Source: Acidovorax sp.
GTDB taxonomy: Bacteria > Pseudomonadota > Gammaproteobacteria > Burkholderiales > Burkholderiaceae_C
Reading direction: 5' to 3'
Assembly: GCF_046294525.1 (NCBI RefSeq)
Contig: NZ_JBKBKQ010000001.1
Coordinates: 231,263-295,262 of the forward strand
Length of the DNA: 64,000 nucleotides
In this document: one piece after another, positions 40,970 through 49,558 of the stretch
Position numbering within the stretch: the first letter of the stretch is position 1
Layout: each line of letters opens with the position of its first letter
Made by a program: the position numbers and the translations under genes
Notes under the pieces: generated by a model
Told to the model about the DNA's origin: nothing
The model's database searches: none
What the model saw: only the letters and a program-made list of their open reading frames with translations

Positions 40970-41185
40970 TTACTTCAGCCAGCTGCGCTTGGGCCGGGGC
41001 TGCACCGTGATATCCACCGCCTGGCGCACAGTGGGCTGGCCGCTGGCGGGGTCGGTGTCTACCACATCTTCCAGATCAATGTCCTTTACATCGGAGTCGG
41101 TGGACTCTTCCAGCTCTTCCAGAACGGCGTTGACCTTGCGTTCGGCCTGCTGGACTGCGGCCTCGGAAACAGGGGGGTTGCCCAT
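40970..41185 (-). CDS. small acidic hypothetical protein (71 aa)
   Basis: GC3-rich codon usage; convergent with the giant gene and 26 bp from its stop. Confidence 0.3.
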   Translation of the reverse strand: MGNPPVSEAAVQQAERKVNAVLEELEESTDSDVKDIDLEDVVDTDPASGQPTVRQAVDITVQPRPKRSWLK

Positions 41186-41301
41186 GGCGGTGGCTCCTCA
41201 GGTTGGCGGATATCCCCCATTCTTGCCGCAGTACAGCCTGTGCGCTGTCAGCCGATGCCGGCGGACAGGGGTAGGCGGCGGGCTCGCTCAGGCTCCCGCG
41301 T

Positions 41302-42204
41302 TCAGGCCGGTTGGGTAGCGGCGCGCTGCGCCGCGGGCGCCCGGGCCGTGGCCGCGCTGCCCATGGACGCGGCCATGATGCAGCCGATGGCCAGCCACTG
41401 CACCGCACTCAAGTGTTCGCCCAGCAGCACCATGGCCACCAGCGCAGCCACGGCGGGCTCCATGCTGATCATGATTCCGAAGGCCTCCTTGGGCAGGCGC
41501 TTGAGGGCCATCATCTCCAGCGATATGGGCACGGCGCTGGAGACTGCCGCCACCGCCACGCCGATCAGCAGCAGGCTGGGCGACAGCAACGCCGCGCCCG
41601 CATGCGCCACGCCCACCGGCACCACCACCAATGCGGCCACCAGCAACCCCAGCGACACCGAATGCCCCGCGTGCAGGTGTCCTGCCCGCTTGCCGAACAC
41701 GATATACATCGCCCAGAACACCGCAGCACCCAGCGCATAGGCCACGCCTACTGGGTCCAGCATGCTGCCGCTCAGCCCCAAGGGCAGCAGCAGCCCCAGG
41801 CCCGCCATGGCCAGCAGCACCCACACAAAATCCACCGCGCGGCGCGACGACCAGATGGCCACGGCCAGCGGCCCCGCAAACTCGATGGCCACCGCCAGCC
41901 CGAACGGCAGCGTGCGCAATGACATGTAGAACATCAGGTTCATGCCGCCCAGGGCCGCGCCGTACAGCACCACCGACTTCGCGTCGGCCCGGCTCAGGTG
42001 CCAGCGCCAGGGCCGCCACAGCAGCAGCACCAACAGCGCCGAAAACCCCACGCGCAACGCCGTGGTGCCCTGTGCGCCCACGGCCGGAAACAGCCAGTGC
42101 TTGGCCCACGATGTGCCGATGCCCAGGGCCGTGACGGAGCCCAGGACGGCAAGAAAAGGAAGAAAACGGTGGAACACCGCAGAGGTGGAGGAAGAAACTG
42201 GCAT
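41302..42204 (-). CDS. DMT-superfamily (EamA-like) transporter
   Basis: ~300 aa with 10 predicted TM helices and two EamA-like halves; the start was set at an internal Met. Confidence 0.75.
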   Translation of the reverse strand: MPVSSSTSAVFHRFLPFLAVLGSVTALGIGTSWAKHWLFPAVGAQGTTALRVGFSALLVLLLWRPWRWHLSRADAKSVVLYGAALGGMNLMFYMSLRTLPFGLAVAIEFAGPLAVAIWSSRRAVDFVWVLLAMAGLGLLLPLGLSGSMLDPVGVAYALGAAVFWAMYIVFGKRAGHLHAGHSVSLGLLVAALVVVPVGVAHAGAALLSPSLLLIGVAVAAVSSAVPISLEMMALKRLPKEAFGIMISMEPAVAALVAMVLLGEHLSAVQWLAIGCIMAASMGSAATARAPAAQRAATQPA

Positions 42205-42305
42205 GCGCAAAAATATAGTTCGCCCACGCCGTTTTTTTGACTCTGATTTGAGGGGTAAAACGCAACTTTCACTCACCCCGTTCTCGCCCCCGCAGAAGGT
42301 TCCGC

Positions 42306-42818
42306 ATGACCGCACCCACCGCACTCGACCGCTTCGACCTCGCCATCCTGGACATCCTGCAGGCCGACAACACCACGCCCCAGCGCGTGATCGCCCAGGC
42401 CGTGAACCTCTCGGCCCCGGCCGTGCAGCGGCGCATTCAGCGGCTGCAAAGCACCGGCGTGATCCGCGCCAACGTGGCCGTGCTGGACCCGGAGAAGGTC
42501 GGCAAGCCGCTGACCATCATCGTGGAGGTGCACCTGGAGAACGAGCGCCCCGACCGCACCGCCCCGCTGCGCGCACGCATCGCTGCCGAAGAGGCCGTGC
42601 AGCAGTGCTACTACGTGACGGGCGAGGCGGACTACCTGCTGGTGGTGACGGTGGCCTCCATGGCCGACTACGAGGCGCTGACGCGGCGGCTGTTTGATGG
42701 GGATGACAACGTGCGGCGGTTTCGCACGTCGGTGGCGCTGGGGTGCTTGAAGGCGGGGCTGAGGGTGCCGCTGGGAACGGCGCCCGCGTCACCCGTAGGT
42801 CGGGTTAGCGAAGCGTAA
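42306..42818 (+). CDS. Lrp/AsnC-family transcriptional regulator
   Basis: HTH_AsnC N-terminus (RFDLAILDILQADNTTPQRVIAQAVNLSAPAVQRRIQRLQSTGVI) plus a RAM domain; the last ~9 codons and the stop are supplied by a REP element. Confidence 0.8.
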   Translation: MTAPTALDRFDLAILDILQADNTTPQRVIAQAVNLSAPAVQRRIQRLQSTGVIRANVAVLDPEKVGKPLTIIVEVHLENERPDRTAPLRARIAAEEAVQQCYYVTGEADYLLVVTVASMADYEALTRRLFDGDDNVRRFRTSVALGCLKAGLRVPLGTAPASPVGRVSEA

Positions 42819-42824
42819 CCCGAC
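42795..42824. repeat. REP element (GTAGGTCGGGTTAGCGAAGCGTAACCCGAC hairpin) upstream of RAYT
   Basis: Inverted-repeat hairpin of the same family as the four copies downstream of the RAYT gene. Confidence 0.7.
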
Positions 42825-42850
42825 ACCCTCTTCAGAAGCCCGCCCGACCC

Positions 42851-43369
42851 ATGCAATACCGCCGCGCCTTCACCCCGGGCGCCACTTTGTTCTTCACCGT
42901 CGTCACCCACGACCGCCGCCCCCTCTTGCAAAGCGAGGACGCCGTGGAAACGCTGCGCGCCGCTTTCCGCAGGGTGCGCTCGGCGCGACCCTTCGTGATC
43001 GACGCCATGGTGGTGCTGCCGGACCATGTGCATTGCATCTGGACACTGCCGCCAGACGACGCGGATTTTGCGACCCGGTGGCGGCTGATCAAGACTTGGT
43101 TCACCAAGCACGGCCCTGCGAACCAGCGAGGCCCGCAGAATGCCGCCCGCGCCGCCAAGCAGGAGCAAGCCGTTTGGCAACACCGCTACTGCGAGCATCG
43201 AATCCGGGACGAAGAGGACTACGCCCGGCATGTGGACTACATCCACTACAACCCGGTCAAGCACGGGTGGGCGAAATCTGCGGGGGGCATGGCCGTATTC
43301 GAGTTTTGGGCGGTATGTGGCGGCGGGGATTTATCCGCCCGATTGGGGGCACTCCGCGCCAGATCTTGA
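42851..43369 (+). CDS. REP-associated tyrosine transposase (RAYT, IS200/IS605 TnpA-like)
   Basis: 172 aa with an HUH motif (HVHCIW), a catalytic Tyr region (HYNPVKHGW) and an N-terminus (YRRAFTPGATLFFT) typical of IS200-like Y1 transposases; flanked by REPs. Confidence 0.8.
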   Translation: MQYRRAFTPGATLFFTVVTHDRRPLLQSEDAVETLRAAFRRVRSARPFVIDAMVVLPDHVHCIWTLPPDDADFATRWRLIKTWFTKHGPANQRGPQNAARAAKQEQAVWQHRYCEHRIRDEEDYARHVDYIHYNPVKHGWAKSAGGMAVFEFWAVCGGGDLSARLGALRARS

Positions 43370-43371
43370 AG

Positions 43372-43552
43372 GGGTAGGTCGGGAGTGAGCGGTGGCGTGC
43401 GTCGGGTTACGCCCTTCGGGCTAACCCGACCTACGGTCGAGTACCCGCGTCCTGGGCCTCTTGGCCGCGTCGGGTTACGCTGCGCTAACCCGACCTACGG
43501 GAGCGAACGGGCCCCATGGTAGGTCGGGTTAGCCCGAAGGGCGTAACCCGAC
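43372..43552. repeat. cluster of 3-4 REP hairpins (GTCGGGTTACGC...TAACCCGACCTAC) downstream of RAYT
   Basis: Copies at about 43372-43390 (partial), 43402-43435, 43469-43498 and 43518-43552, in alternating orientation. Confidence 0.75.
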
Positions 43553-43563
43553 AAGCCCCGCTC

Positions 43564-44556
43564 CTACACCCCCGCCATCCGGCGCATCTCCATGCCCGAA
43601 AGCCGCAGCCGCGGCCCGCTGAGCAGCTCGCACATCCTCGCATTCAGCGGCGCAGCCATCCCCTGCTGCGCTGCCAGCCGCACCACCGCGCCGCACAGCG
43701 CATCGACCTCTGTGACGCGCCCGGCCTCCAGGTCGTCCCACATGGACGAGCGGGCCGTGGCGTCGATCTGCAGCATGCGTTGGGCCAGCCGCGTGAACAG
43801 CCAGTTGGGCAGGCGCAGCACATGGGGCAGGAGCTTGGGCGCCACCGCCGTGACCTTGGCCGGCTGGATGCCCGCGCGGGCCATCACGGCCAGGGCTTCG
43901 GATTGCAGGGCGGCGAAGACGCGGCGGTAGTCACGGTCCAGCAGCTGCTGGCGCAGGGGCAGGTCGGACAGCGCATTGACAGGGTTGTTGAGGTTGAGCA
44001 GAAGCTTGCCCCACTGCACCGCCCGGATGTCCGGCGGCAGCACGGTGGCGAGGCCCGCGGCTTCGAAGACCGGGGCGATGCGCTCGGTGGCGGCATCGCG
44101 CTGCAGTTGCAGTTGCCCCGCCGTGGCCCGGTGCACGTGCGCGCCGCGCAGCACCACGTTGTACGGCACCATGCCGGCCAGCGCGCGCAGGGCCGGTGCC
44201 TGGGCCGCGATGCGGGCCACGTTGTCCACGCCGTTCTGCAGCGAGACGACCGCCGTGCCGGGCGCGCACGCGGCCGCCAGCTCGCGCGCGGCGGATTCGG
44301 TGGCGCCGCTTTTCACACACAGCAGGACGACGCTGCCCCCGAGGGGCGCGGCCTCGGCCAGGGTGGAGGCAAGCTGCATTGCGGCCGCGGGCACCGTGCG
44401 GTCAAAGCCGTCCAGGTCGGTCACGCGCAGGCCCTGCGCGGCGATGGGCTGCAGGGCGTGGGCACGGCCCACCAGCGTGACGGCCTGGCCGTGGGCCGCA
44501 AGGCGACCGCCCACATAGCAGCCGATGGCGCCGGCGCCGAGAACGATGAAATGCAT
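43564..44556 (-). CDS. panE: 2-dehydropantoate 2-reductase (ketopantoate reductase)
   Basis: 330 aa with an N-terminal Rossmann motif (MHFIVLGAGAIGCYVGGRLA), ApbA family. Confidence 0.75.
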   Translation of the reverse strand: MHFIVLGAGAIGCYVGGRLAAHGQAVTLVGRAHALQPIAAQGLRVTDLDGFDRTVPAAAMQLASTLAEAAPLGGSVVLLCVKSGATESAARELAAACAPGTAVVSLQNGVDNVARIAAQAPALRALAGMVPYNVVLRGAHVHRATAGQLQLQRDAATERIAPVFEAAGLATVLPPDIRAVQWGKLLLNLNNPVNALSDLPLRQQLLDRDYRRVFAALQSEALAVMARAGIQPAKVTAVAPKLLPHVLRLPNWLFTRLAQRMLQIDATARSSMWDDLEAGRVTEVDALCGAVVRLAAQQGMAAPLNARMCELLSGPRLRLSGMEMRRMAGV

Positions 44557-44667
44557 GGCTGCGAGGTCCTCTTTGAAAAGCGGGCTCTGTACCCGGGTGG
44601 CATTGTGAGGGCCTTCCCCAACAACCGTCTGGCGCCCAGGCGACGCTCAGCTCTGCGGCAGAAATTT

Positions 44668-44725
44668 CAAGCCATTTCGGCATCTAGCGCTTATCTATCA
44701 AGCGCCAGGAGCTATTGTTTCAGGA
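44668..44725 (+). repeat. copy D of ~55-60 bp palindromic repeat family
   Basis: CATCTAGCGCTTATCTATCAAGCGCCAGGAGCTATTGTTTC; it overlaps the stop codon of the histidine kinase gene. Confidence 0.5.
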
Positions 44726-46080
44726 GCAAAAACAACCGCCACTCGCAGGCCACCCAAGCGTTCCGATGCGCCCAGCTCCACCGCCGCGCCATGCCGCTGC
44801 GCGATGGCCTGCACGATGGCCAGGCCCAGGCCGCTGCCGGTGGCTGCGCTGTCGCTGCCCACGCGCACAAAGCGCTGCAGGGCGCGGTCGCGGTGCTCGG
44901 GGGCAATGCCCGGGCCGCTGTCTTCCACGGTGAGCCGCACGGCATGGCCTGAGGCCTCGGCACGCACCTGCACGTCCACCTGTCCGCCGGGCGGGGTGTA
45001 TTTGATGGCGTTGTCGAGCAGGTTGCGCACCAGCATGCGCAGCGCTTCGGCGTTGCCGGGCACGGTCGCGGCGTCGGAGTCGAGCAGGCCCGCATCCGTG
45101 CCGCGCGCCTGGGCGGCAGCGGCCACGTCGGCCAGCGCCAGTTGGGCCACGGCCCGCAGATCGACCGGCTCGGTCGGGGTGGCGGCGGCCTCCTGCCGGG
45201 CCAGGGCCAGCAGCTGCTCCACCAGGCGTGTCGCGCGGTCGATACCGGAAGACAGGCGCTCTGCCGCCGCGGCGCGCGCAGCGTCGTCACTCGCGCGCTG
45301 CAGGCCCTGCAGCTGCAGGCGCAGCGCAGCCAAAGGCGAGCGCAACTCGTGCGCGGCGTCGGCCACAAAGTGCTGCTGAATTTCAAACGCGCGCTGCACG
45401 CGCTCGAACAGCAGGTTGAGTTCGCTCACCAGCGGCTGCACTTCGTCGGGCAGCTGCGCATCGCTCACGGGCGAGAGGTCGTCGGCCTGGCGCTCGGCCA
45501 GCTGGCGGCGCACGCGCTCCACCGGGGCCAGGGATCGGCTCACGCCCCACCAGACGGCCACCACCAGGAGCGGCGCCATGAAGGCCAGCGGCGCCAGCGT
45601 GCGCAGAGCCAGGCTGCGCGCCATGCCCTGACGCACGGCCATGTTCTGCGCCACCTGGATGACCTGCGCGCGCGTCTGCAGGGAGAACACCCGGTAGGTG
45701 CCGCCACGCGCCTGCACGTTGGCGAAGCCCAGCACGGCAATCTGCGGAAGGTCGGCACCGACGGCGGATTCAAAAATGCGCAGGCCCTCGTTGGTCCACA
45801 CCTGCACGATGAACTCATGGTTCTCGTCCTCCGGGTCCAGCCCCGGGCCCAAGCCCTGCGCATCCACGGGCAGGCCCGAGCGCAGCGCCAGCGCGGTCTG
45901 CTGCATGTGGTAGTCGAACAGCGCATCGGCCTCGCCCAGCGCGCCGCGGTAGGCCAGCGCGCCCTGCACAGCACCGGCCAGCACGATGGCTGCGAGCAGG
46001 AAGGCCAGCAGCCGCATGCGCAGAGAACGGGGGAGCAACGACCGCAGCTTGGAGTACCGAGAAGTCACTTGCTTGTTCAT
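44698..46080 (-). CDS. sensor histidine kinase (QseC/PhoQ-like)
   Basis: 460 aa from an internal Met (MNKQVTS...), with two TM segments, an H-box (ADAAHELRSPLAAL) and an HATPase_c domain (GSGLGLAIVQAIAQRHG). Confidence 0.8.
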   Translation of the reverse strand: MNKQVTSRYSKLRSLLPRSLRMRLLAFLLAAIVLAGAVQGALAYRGALGEADALFDYHMQQTALALRSGLPVDAQGLGPGLDPEDENHEFIVQVWTNEGLRIFESAVGADLPQIAVLGFANVQARGGTYRVFSLQTRAQVIQVAQNMAVRQGMARSLALRTLAPLAFMAPLLVVAVWWGVSRSLAPVERVRRQLAERQADDLSPVSDAQLPDEVQPLVSELNLLFERVQRAFEIQQHFVADAAHELRSPLAALRLQLQGLQRASDDAARAAAAERLSSGIDRATRLVEQLLALARQEAAATPTEPVDLRAVAQLALADVAAAAQARGTDAGLLDSDAATVPGNAEALRMLVRNLLDNAIKYTPPGGQVDVQVRAEASGHAVRLTVEDSGPGIAPEHRDRALQRFVRVGSDSAATGSGLGLAIVQAIAQRHGAAVELGASERLGGLRVAVVFAPETIAPGA

Positions 46081-46183
46081 GGTCGTGCCTGCCCAAAGTG
46101 TGCCGCTCACCTCTGGGCCTCCAAGACTGGCGCTGCCAAGCCCAGTGCCCCCGCGCAAGGGCCTCCCCGCCGCGCTGGGGGCG

Positions 46184-46222
46184 TCCCCCTCTCGCATTGC
46201 GCAGCAATGCGAGAGAGGGGGA
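46184..46222. promoter_or_regulatory. long imperfect palindrome (TCCCCCTCTCGCATTGC-gca-GCAATGCGAGAGAGGGGGA) in the RR-HK intergenic gap
   Basis: Read directly; a ~17-bp stem, lying in the 178-bp gap between the co-oriented regulator and kinase genes. Confidence 0.3.
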
Positions 46223-46258
46223 AGGCGCGAAGCGACTCAGGGGGTGCCATCCGAGCCA

Positions 46259-46918
46259 TCACATTTTGGGTACGAGATAACCGACGCCGCGCACGTTCAG
46301 CACCAACTCGGGCCCCAGCTTCTTGCGCAGGCCGTGGATGTACACCTCCACTGCGTTGCTGCTGACCTCGTCGCCCCAGCCGTAGAGCTTGTCTTCAAGC
46401 TGCTGGCGCGACAGCACCATGCCGGGCCGGGCGATGAGCGGCTCCAGCACCGCCCATTCGCGGCCGGACAGCACCACGGGCACGCCGCGCACCGTCACCT
46501 CGCGCGTGGCGGGGTTGATGCTCACGCCCTGGTGCTCGTACACCGGCTCGGCGCGTCCGGCAGCGCGGCGCAGCAGCGCGCGGATGCGGGCGAGCAGCTC
46601 GTCCAGGTCATAGGGCTTGAGCACGTAGTCGTCGGCGCCTGCGTCCAGCCCCTCGATGCGCTGGGCCACGGCATCGCGGGCGGTGGCCACCAACACGGGG
46701 GTGCGGTCCTTGCGGGTGCGCAGGTCGCGCAGCACGGTCAGGCCATCGCGGTGCGGCAGGCCCAGGTCCAGCAGCACCAGGTCGTACGCCTGGGTGCGCA
46801 GGGCCGTGTCGGCTGCGTTGCCGTCGCGGGTCCAGTCCACGGCGTACTGCTCGGCGCGCAGCAGGTCCTGCACGGCCTCGCCGATCATGGGGTCGTCTTC
46901 TACTAGCAGCAGGCGCAT
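46259..46918 (-). CDS. OmpR-family response regulator
   Basis: MRLLLVEDDPMIGEAV receiver domain plus a winged-helix DNA-binding C-terminus. Confidence 0.85.
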   Translation of the reverse strand: MRLLLVEDDPMIGEAVQDLLRAEQYAVDWTRDGNAADTALRTQAYDLVLLDLGLPHRDGLTVLRDLRTRKDRTPVLVATARDAVAQRIEGLDAGADDYVLKPYDLDELLARIRALLRRAAGRAEPVYEHQGVSINPATREVTVRGVPVVLSGREWAVLEPLIARPGMVLSRQQLEDKLYGWGDEVSSNAVEVYIHGLRKKLGPELVLNVRGVGYLVPKM

Positions 46919-47030
46919 GGGGTGAGCATAGCCAATGGTGGAACACAAAGGCTGTGCCCTGGCTTCGACAGGCCCAGCCCGAACGGGTTGGGGTCAAGGC
47001 TCGTTGCCCGACCCCGCCCGCCCTACCCCA

Positions 47031-48565
47031 TCAACCCACCCGCACCGGCACAAAGATCTTGTTGCCGTCGCGCTCGATCAGCAGCGCCACCGACTTGCCC
47101 GCCTTGGCCATGGCCGCGCGCACCTGTTCGATGCTCTTGGCTGGGGCGCCGTTGATGGCCAGCAGCACGTCGCCGGGCTGCACGCCCGCGGCCGCGGCGG
47201 GGCCGCGCGCCTGCTCGATCACCAGGCCATCGACGCCGACCTCACGGCGCTCCTGCGGGTCCAGCGGGCGCAGCGACAGGCCCAGCTGGCCCTTGCGCAC
47301 GGCCTCGTCGTCATTGCGCGCCTGCTTGCTGCCCGCTTTGGCGCTGGCATCGCCCAGGGTGGCGGTCAGCTCCACGGGCTTGCCCTGGCGCCACACCGAC
47401 AGCTTGGCCTGCTGGCCGGGCTGCGCCTGGCCCACCCAGGCGGGCAAGTCGCCCGAGGCCACGATGGGCTGGCCGTCCACCTGGCGGATCACGTCGCCGG
47501 GCTGCAGGCCGGCCTTGTCGGCAGGGCCGCCGGGCGCGACGCTGGCCACCAGCGCGCCTTCGGGCTTGTCGAGGTTGAACGACTCGGCAAACGCCTGGTT
47601 CACCTCCTGCACGGCCACGCCCAGCTGCGCGTGGCGCACCTTGCCGGTGGCGACGATCTGGTCCTTGATCTTGCCGGCCAGCTCGATGGGGATGGCGAAC
47701 GACACGCCCTGGTAGCCGCCCGAGCGGCTTAGATCTGCGAGTTGATGCCCACCACCTCGCCGCGCGCATTGAACAGCGGCCCGCCGGAGTTGCCCGGATT
47801 CACCGCCACATCGGTCTGGATGAAGGGCACCAGGCTGTCGTCGGGCAGCGAGCGGCCCTTGGCGCTGACCACGCCCGCAGTCACGCTGTTTTCAAAGCCG
47901 AAGGGCGAGCCGATGGCCAGCACCCATTCGCCTACCTGCAGATCGCGCGTGCTGCCCAGGCGCACGGTAGGCAGGTTCTTGGCGTCGATCTTGAGCACGG
48001 CCACGTCGGTCTTGGCGTCGGCGCCCAGCACCTTGGCGCGGAACTCGCGCCGGTCGGTGAGCTTGACCACCACCTCGCTAGCACCCTTGACCACGTGCGC
48101 ATTGGTCAGCACCAGCCCGTCGGGGCTGACGATGAAGCCCGAGCCCAGGCCGTGCGTGGGCACGTTGCGCGGCGCCTGCTGCATGCCAGGCGCGGGAAAA
48201 CCGAACTGGCGGAAGAACTCGTAGAACGGATCGTTCGGGCCCATCTGCGGGCCGCGCCCCTGGCGCACCGTGGGCTGCTCGTCATCCTCATCGTCGTCGT
48301 CCGCAGCCATCGCTGTCTTGGTCGTGCCGGTGACGCTGATGTTGACCACGGCCGCACCGTTCTGCGCGGTGATCTGCGCAAAACTGGGCAGCGCTGCCGC
48401 CCCCGGTGCCGCCGCCTGGATGGCGGGCGCGCTGGTAGCCGCCACCGGCGCCGGGTTGGCCTGCGCGCGGTGCCCCACCACAATGCCCGCCCCCGTGCCG
48501 CCGATGGCGCCAGCGGCCACCAGGGCCAGGATGAGACGGCGGGGGGTGATTGCAACGGTGTTCAT
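47031..48565 (-). pseudogene. periplasmic serine endoprotease DegP/MucD (HtrA family), disrupted by a 1-bp frameshift
   Basis: The N-terminal ORF (47729-48565) carries the trypsin domain (TNAHVV, GNSGGPL) and ends ...GINSQI-stop; the C-terminal ORF (47031-47705) has two PDZ domains; the reading GINSQIYSRSGGYQGVSFAIPIE is restored by inserting one C near 47725. Confidence 0.6.
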
Positions 48566-48658
48566 GGTGTCTGCCTTTCCTTGGCTGAGATTGCGATGGA
48601 AGGCAGTGTGGGAGCGCAGACTTAGACGAGGCTTAGGCGCCGTTGCAGGCGCCTGCCG

Positions 48659-49450
48659 TCACAGGAACATCCCGCCCGAAGCCTCGACGCGCTGCGCATT
48701 CACCCAGCGCGTGGACGGCTGCAGCAGCGCAGCCACCAGCGGGCCGATGTCGTCGGGCACGCCCACGCGGCCCAGGGCCGTCTGGCTGGCGATGAAGGCG
48801 TTGAGCTGTGCGTTGTCGCGCACGGCGCCGTCGCCAAAGTCGGTTTCGATGGCGCCGGGGGCCACGACGTTCACCGCAATGCCGCGCGGGCCCAGCTCTT
48901 TGGCCAGGTAGCGGCTCAGTACTTCGATGGCGCCCTTCATGGCCGCATAGGCGGCGTAGCCCGGCAGCGCGAAGCGGGCCAGGCCCGACGACACGTTCAG
49001 GATGCGGCCGCCGTCGTTCATCAGCGGCAGCAGCTTCTGGGTGAGGAAGAACACGCCCTTGAAATGCACGTTGGCGAGGGCGTCGAACTGCGCCTCGGTG
49101 GTCTCGGCAAAAGGCGTGTGCACGCCCATGCCGGCGTTGTTCACCAGGAAGTCAAAGCGCTCGCGCTGCCAGGTGGTCTGCAGGGCCTGCGCAAGTTGCG
49201 CGGCAAAGGCGCCGAAGCTGGCGACGTCGCCCACGTCCAGCGCCAGGGCCACGGCGCGGCGGCCCAGGGATTCGATCTCGGCCACCACGGCATGCGCTTC
49301 GGCGGCCTGCTGGCGGTAGGTCAGCACCACGTCGATGCCGCTCTTGGCAGCAGCCAGCGCGGCACTGCGGCCCAGGCCGCGGCTGCCGCCGGTGATGAGA
49401 ACGATGGGACTGGAGGATGAAGAAGGTGTCAAGGTCACAGAGGTCGTCAT
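48659..49450 (-). CDS. SDR-family short-chain dehydrogenase/reductase
   Basis: TGGSRGLG cofactor motif, NNAG motif and a YxxxK catalytic pair (YAAMK). Confidence 0.8.
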   Translation of the reverse strand: MTTSVTLTPSSSSSPIVLITGGSRGLGRSAALAAAKSGIDVVLTYRQQAAEAHAVVAEIESLGRRAVALALDVGDVASFGAFAAQLAQALQTTWQRERFDFLVNNAGMGVHTPFAETTEAQFDALANVHFKGVFFLTQKLLPLMNDGGRILNVSSGLARFALPGYAAYAAMKGAIEVLSRYLAKELGPRGIAVNVVAPGAIETDFGDGAVRDNAQLNAFIASQTALGRVGVPDDIGPLVAALLQPSTRWVNAQRVEASGGMFL

Positions 49451-49558
49451 GGCAAGGTCCTTTGCAGAGAGGAATGGTTGATGGGTATGGACTTTATTGA
49501 TTGCCAAAGGACCGATAAATCACCAAAATTCAGATTCATTGTCCAGATTAAACAAACA

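Noticed and set aside
18989-41300. Integrase or recombinase gene expected for a tRNA-associated island
   Set aside because: No tyrosine or serine recombinase-like ORF was found in the island; only the RAYT (an IS200-type transposase associated with REPs) is present, at 42851, so a mobile-island call remains inferential
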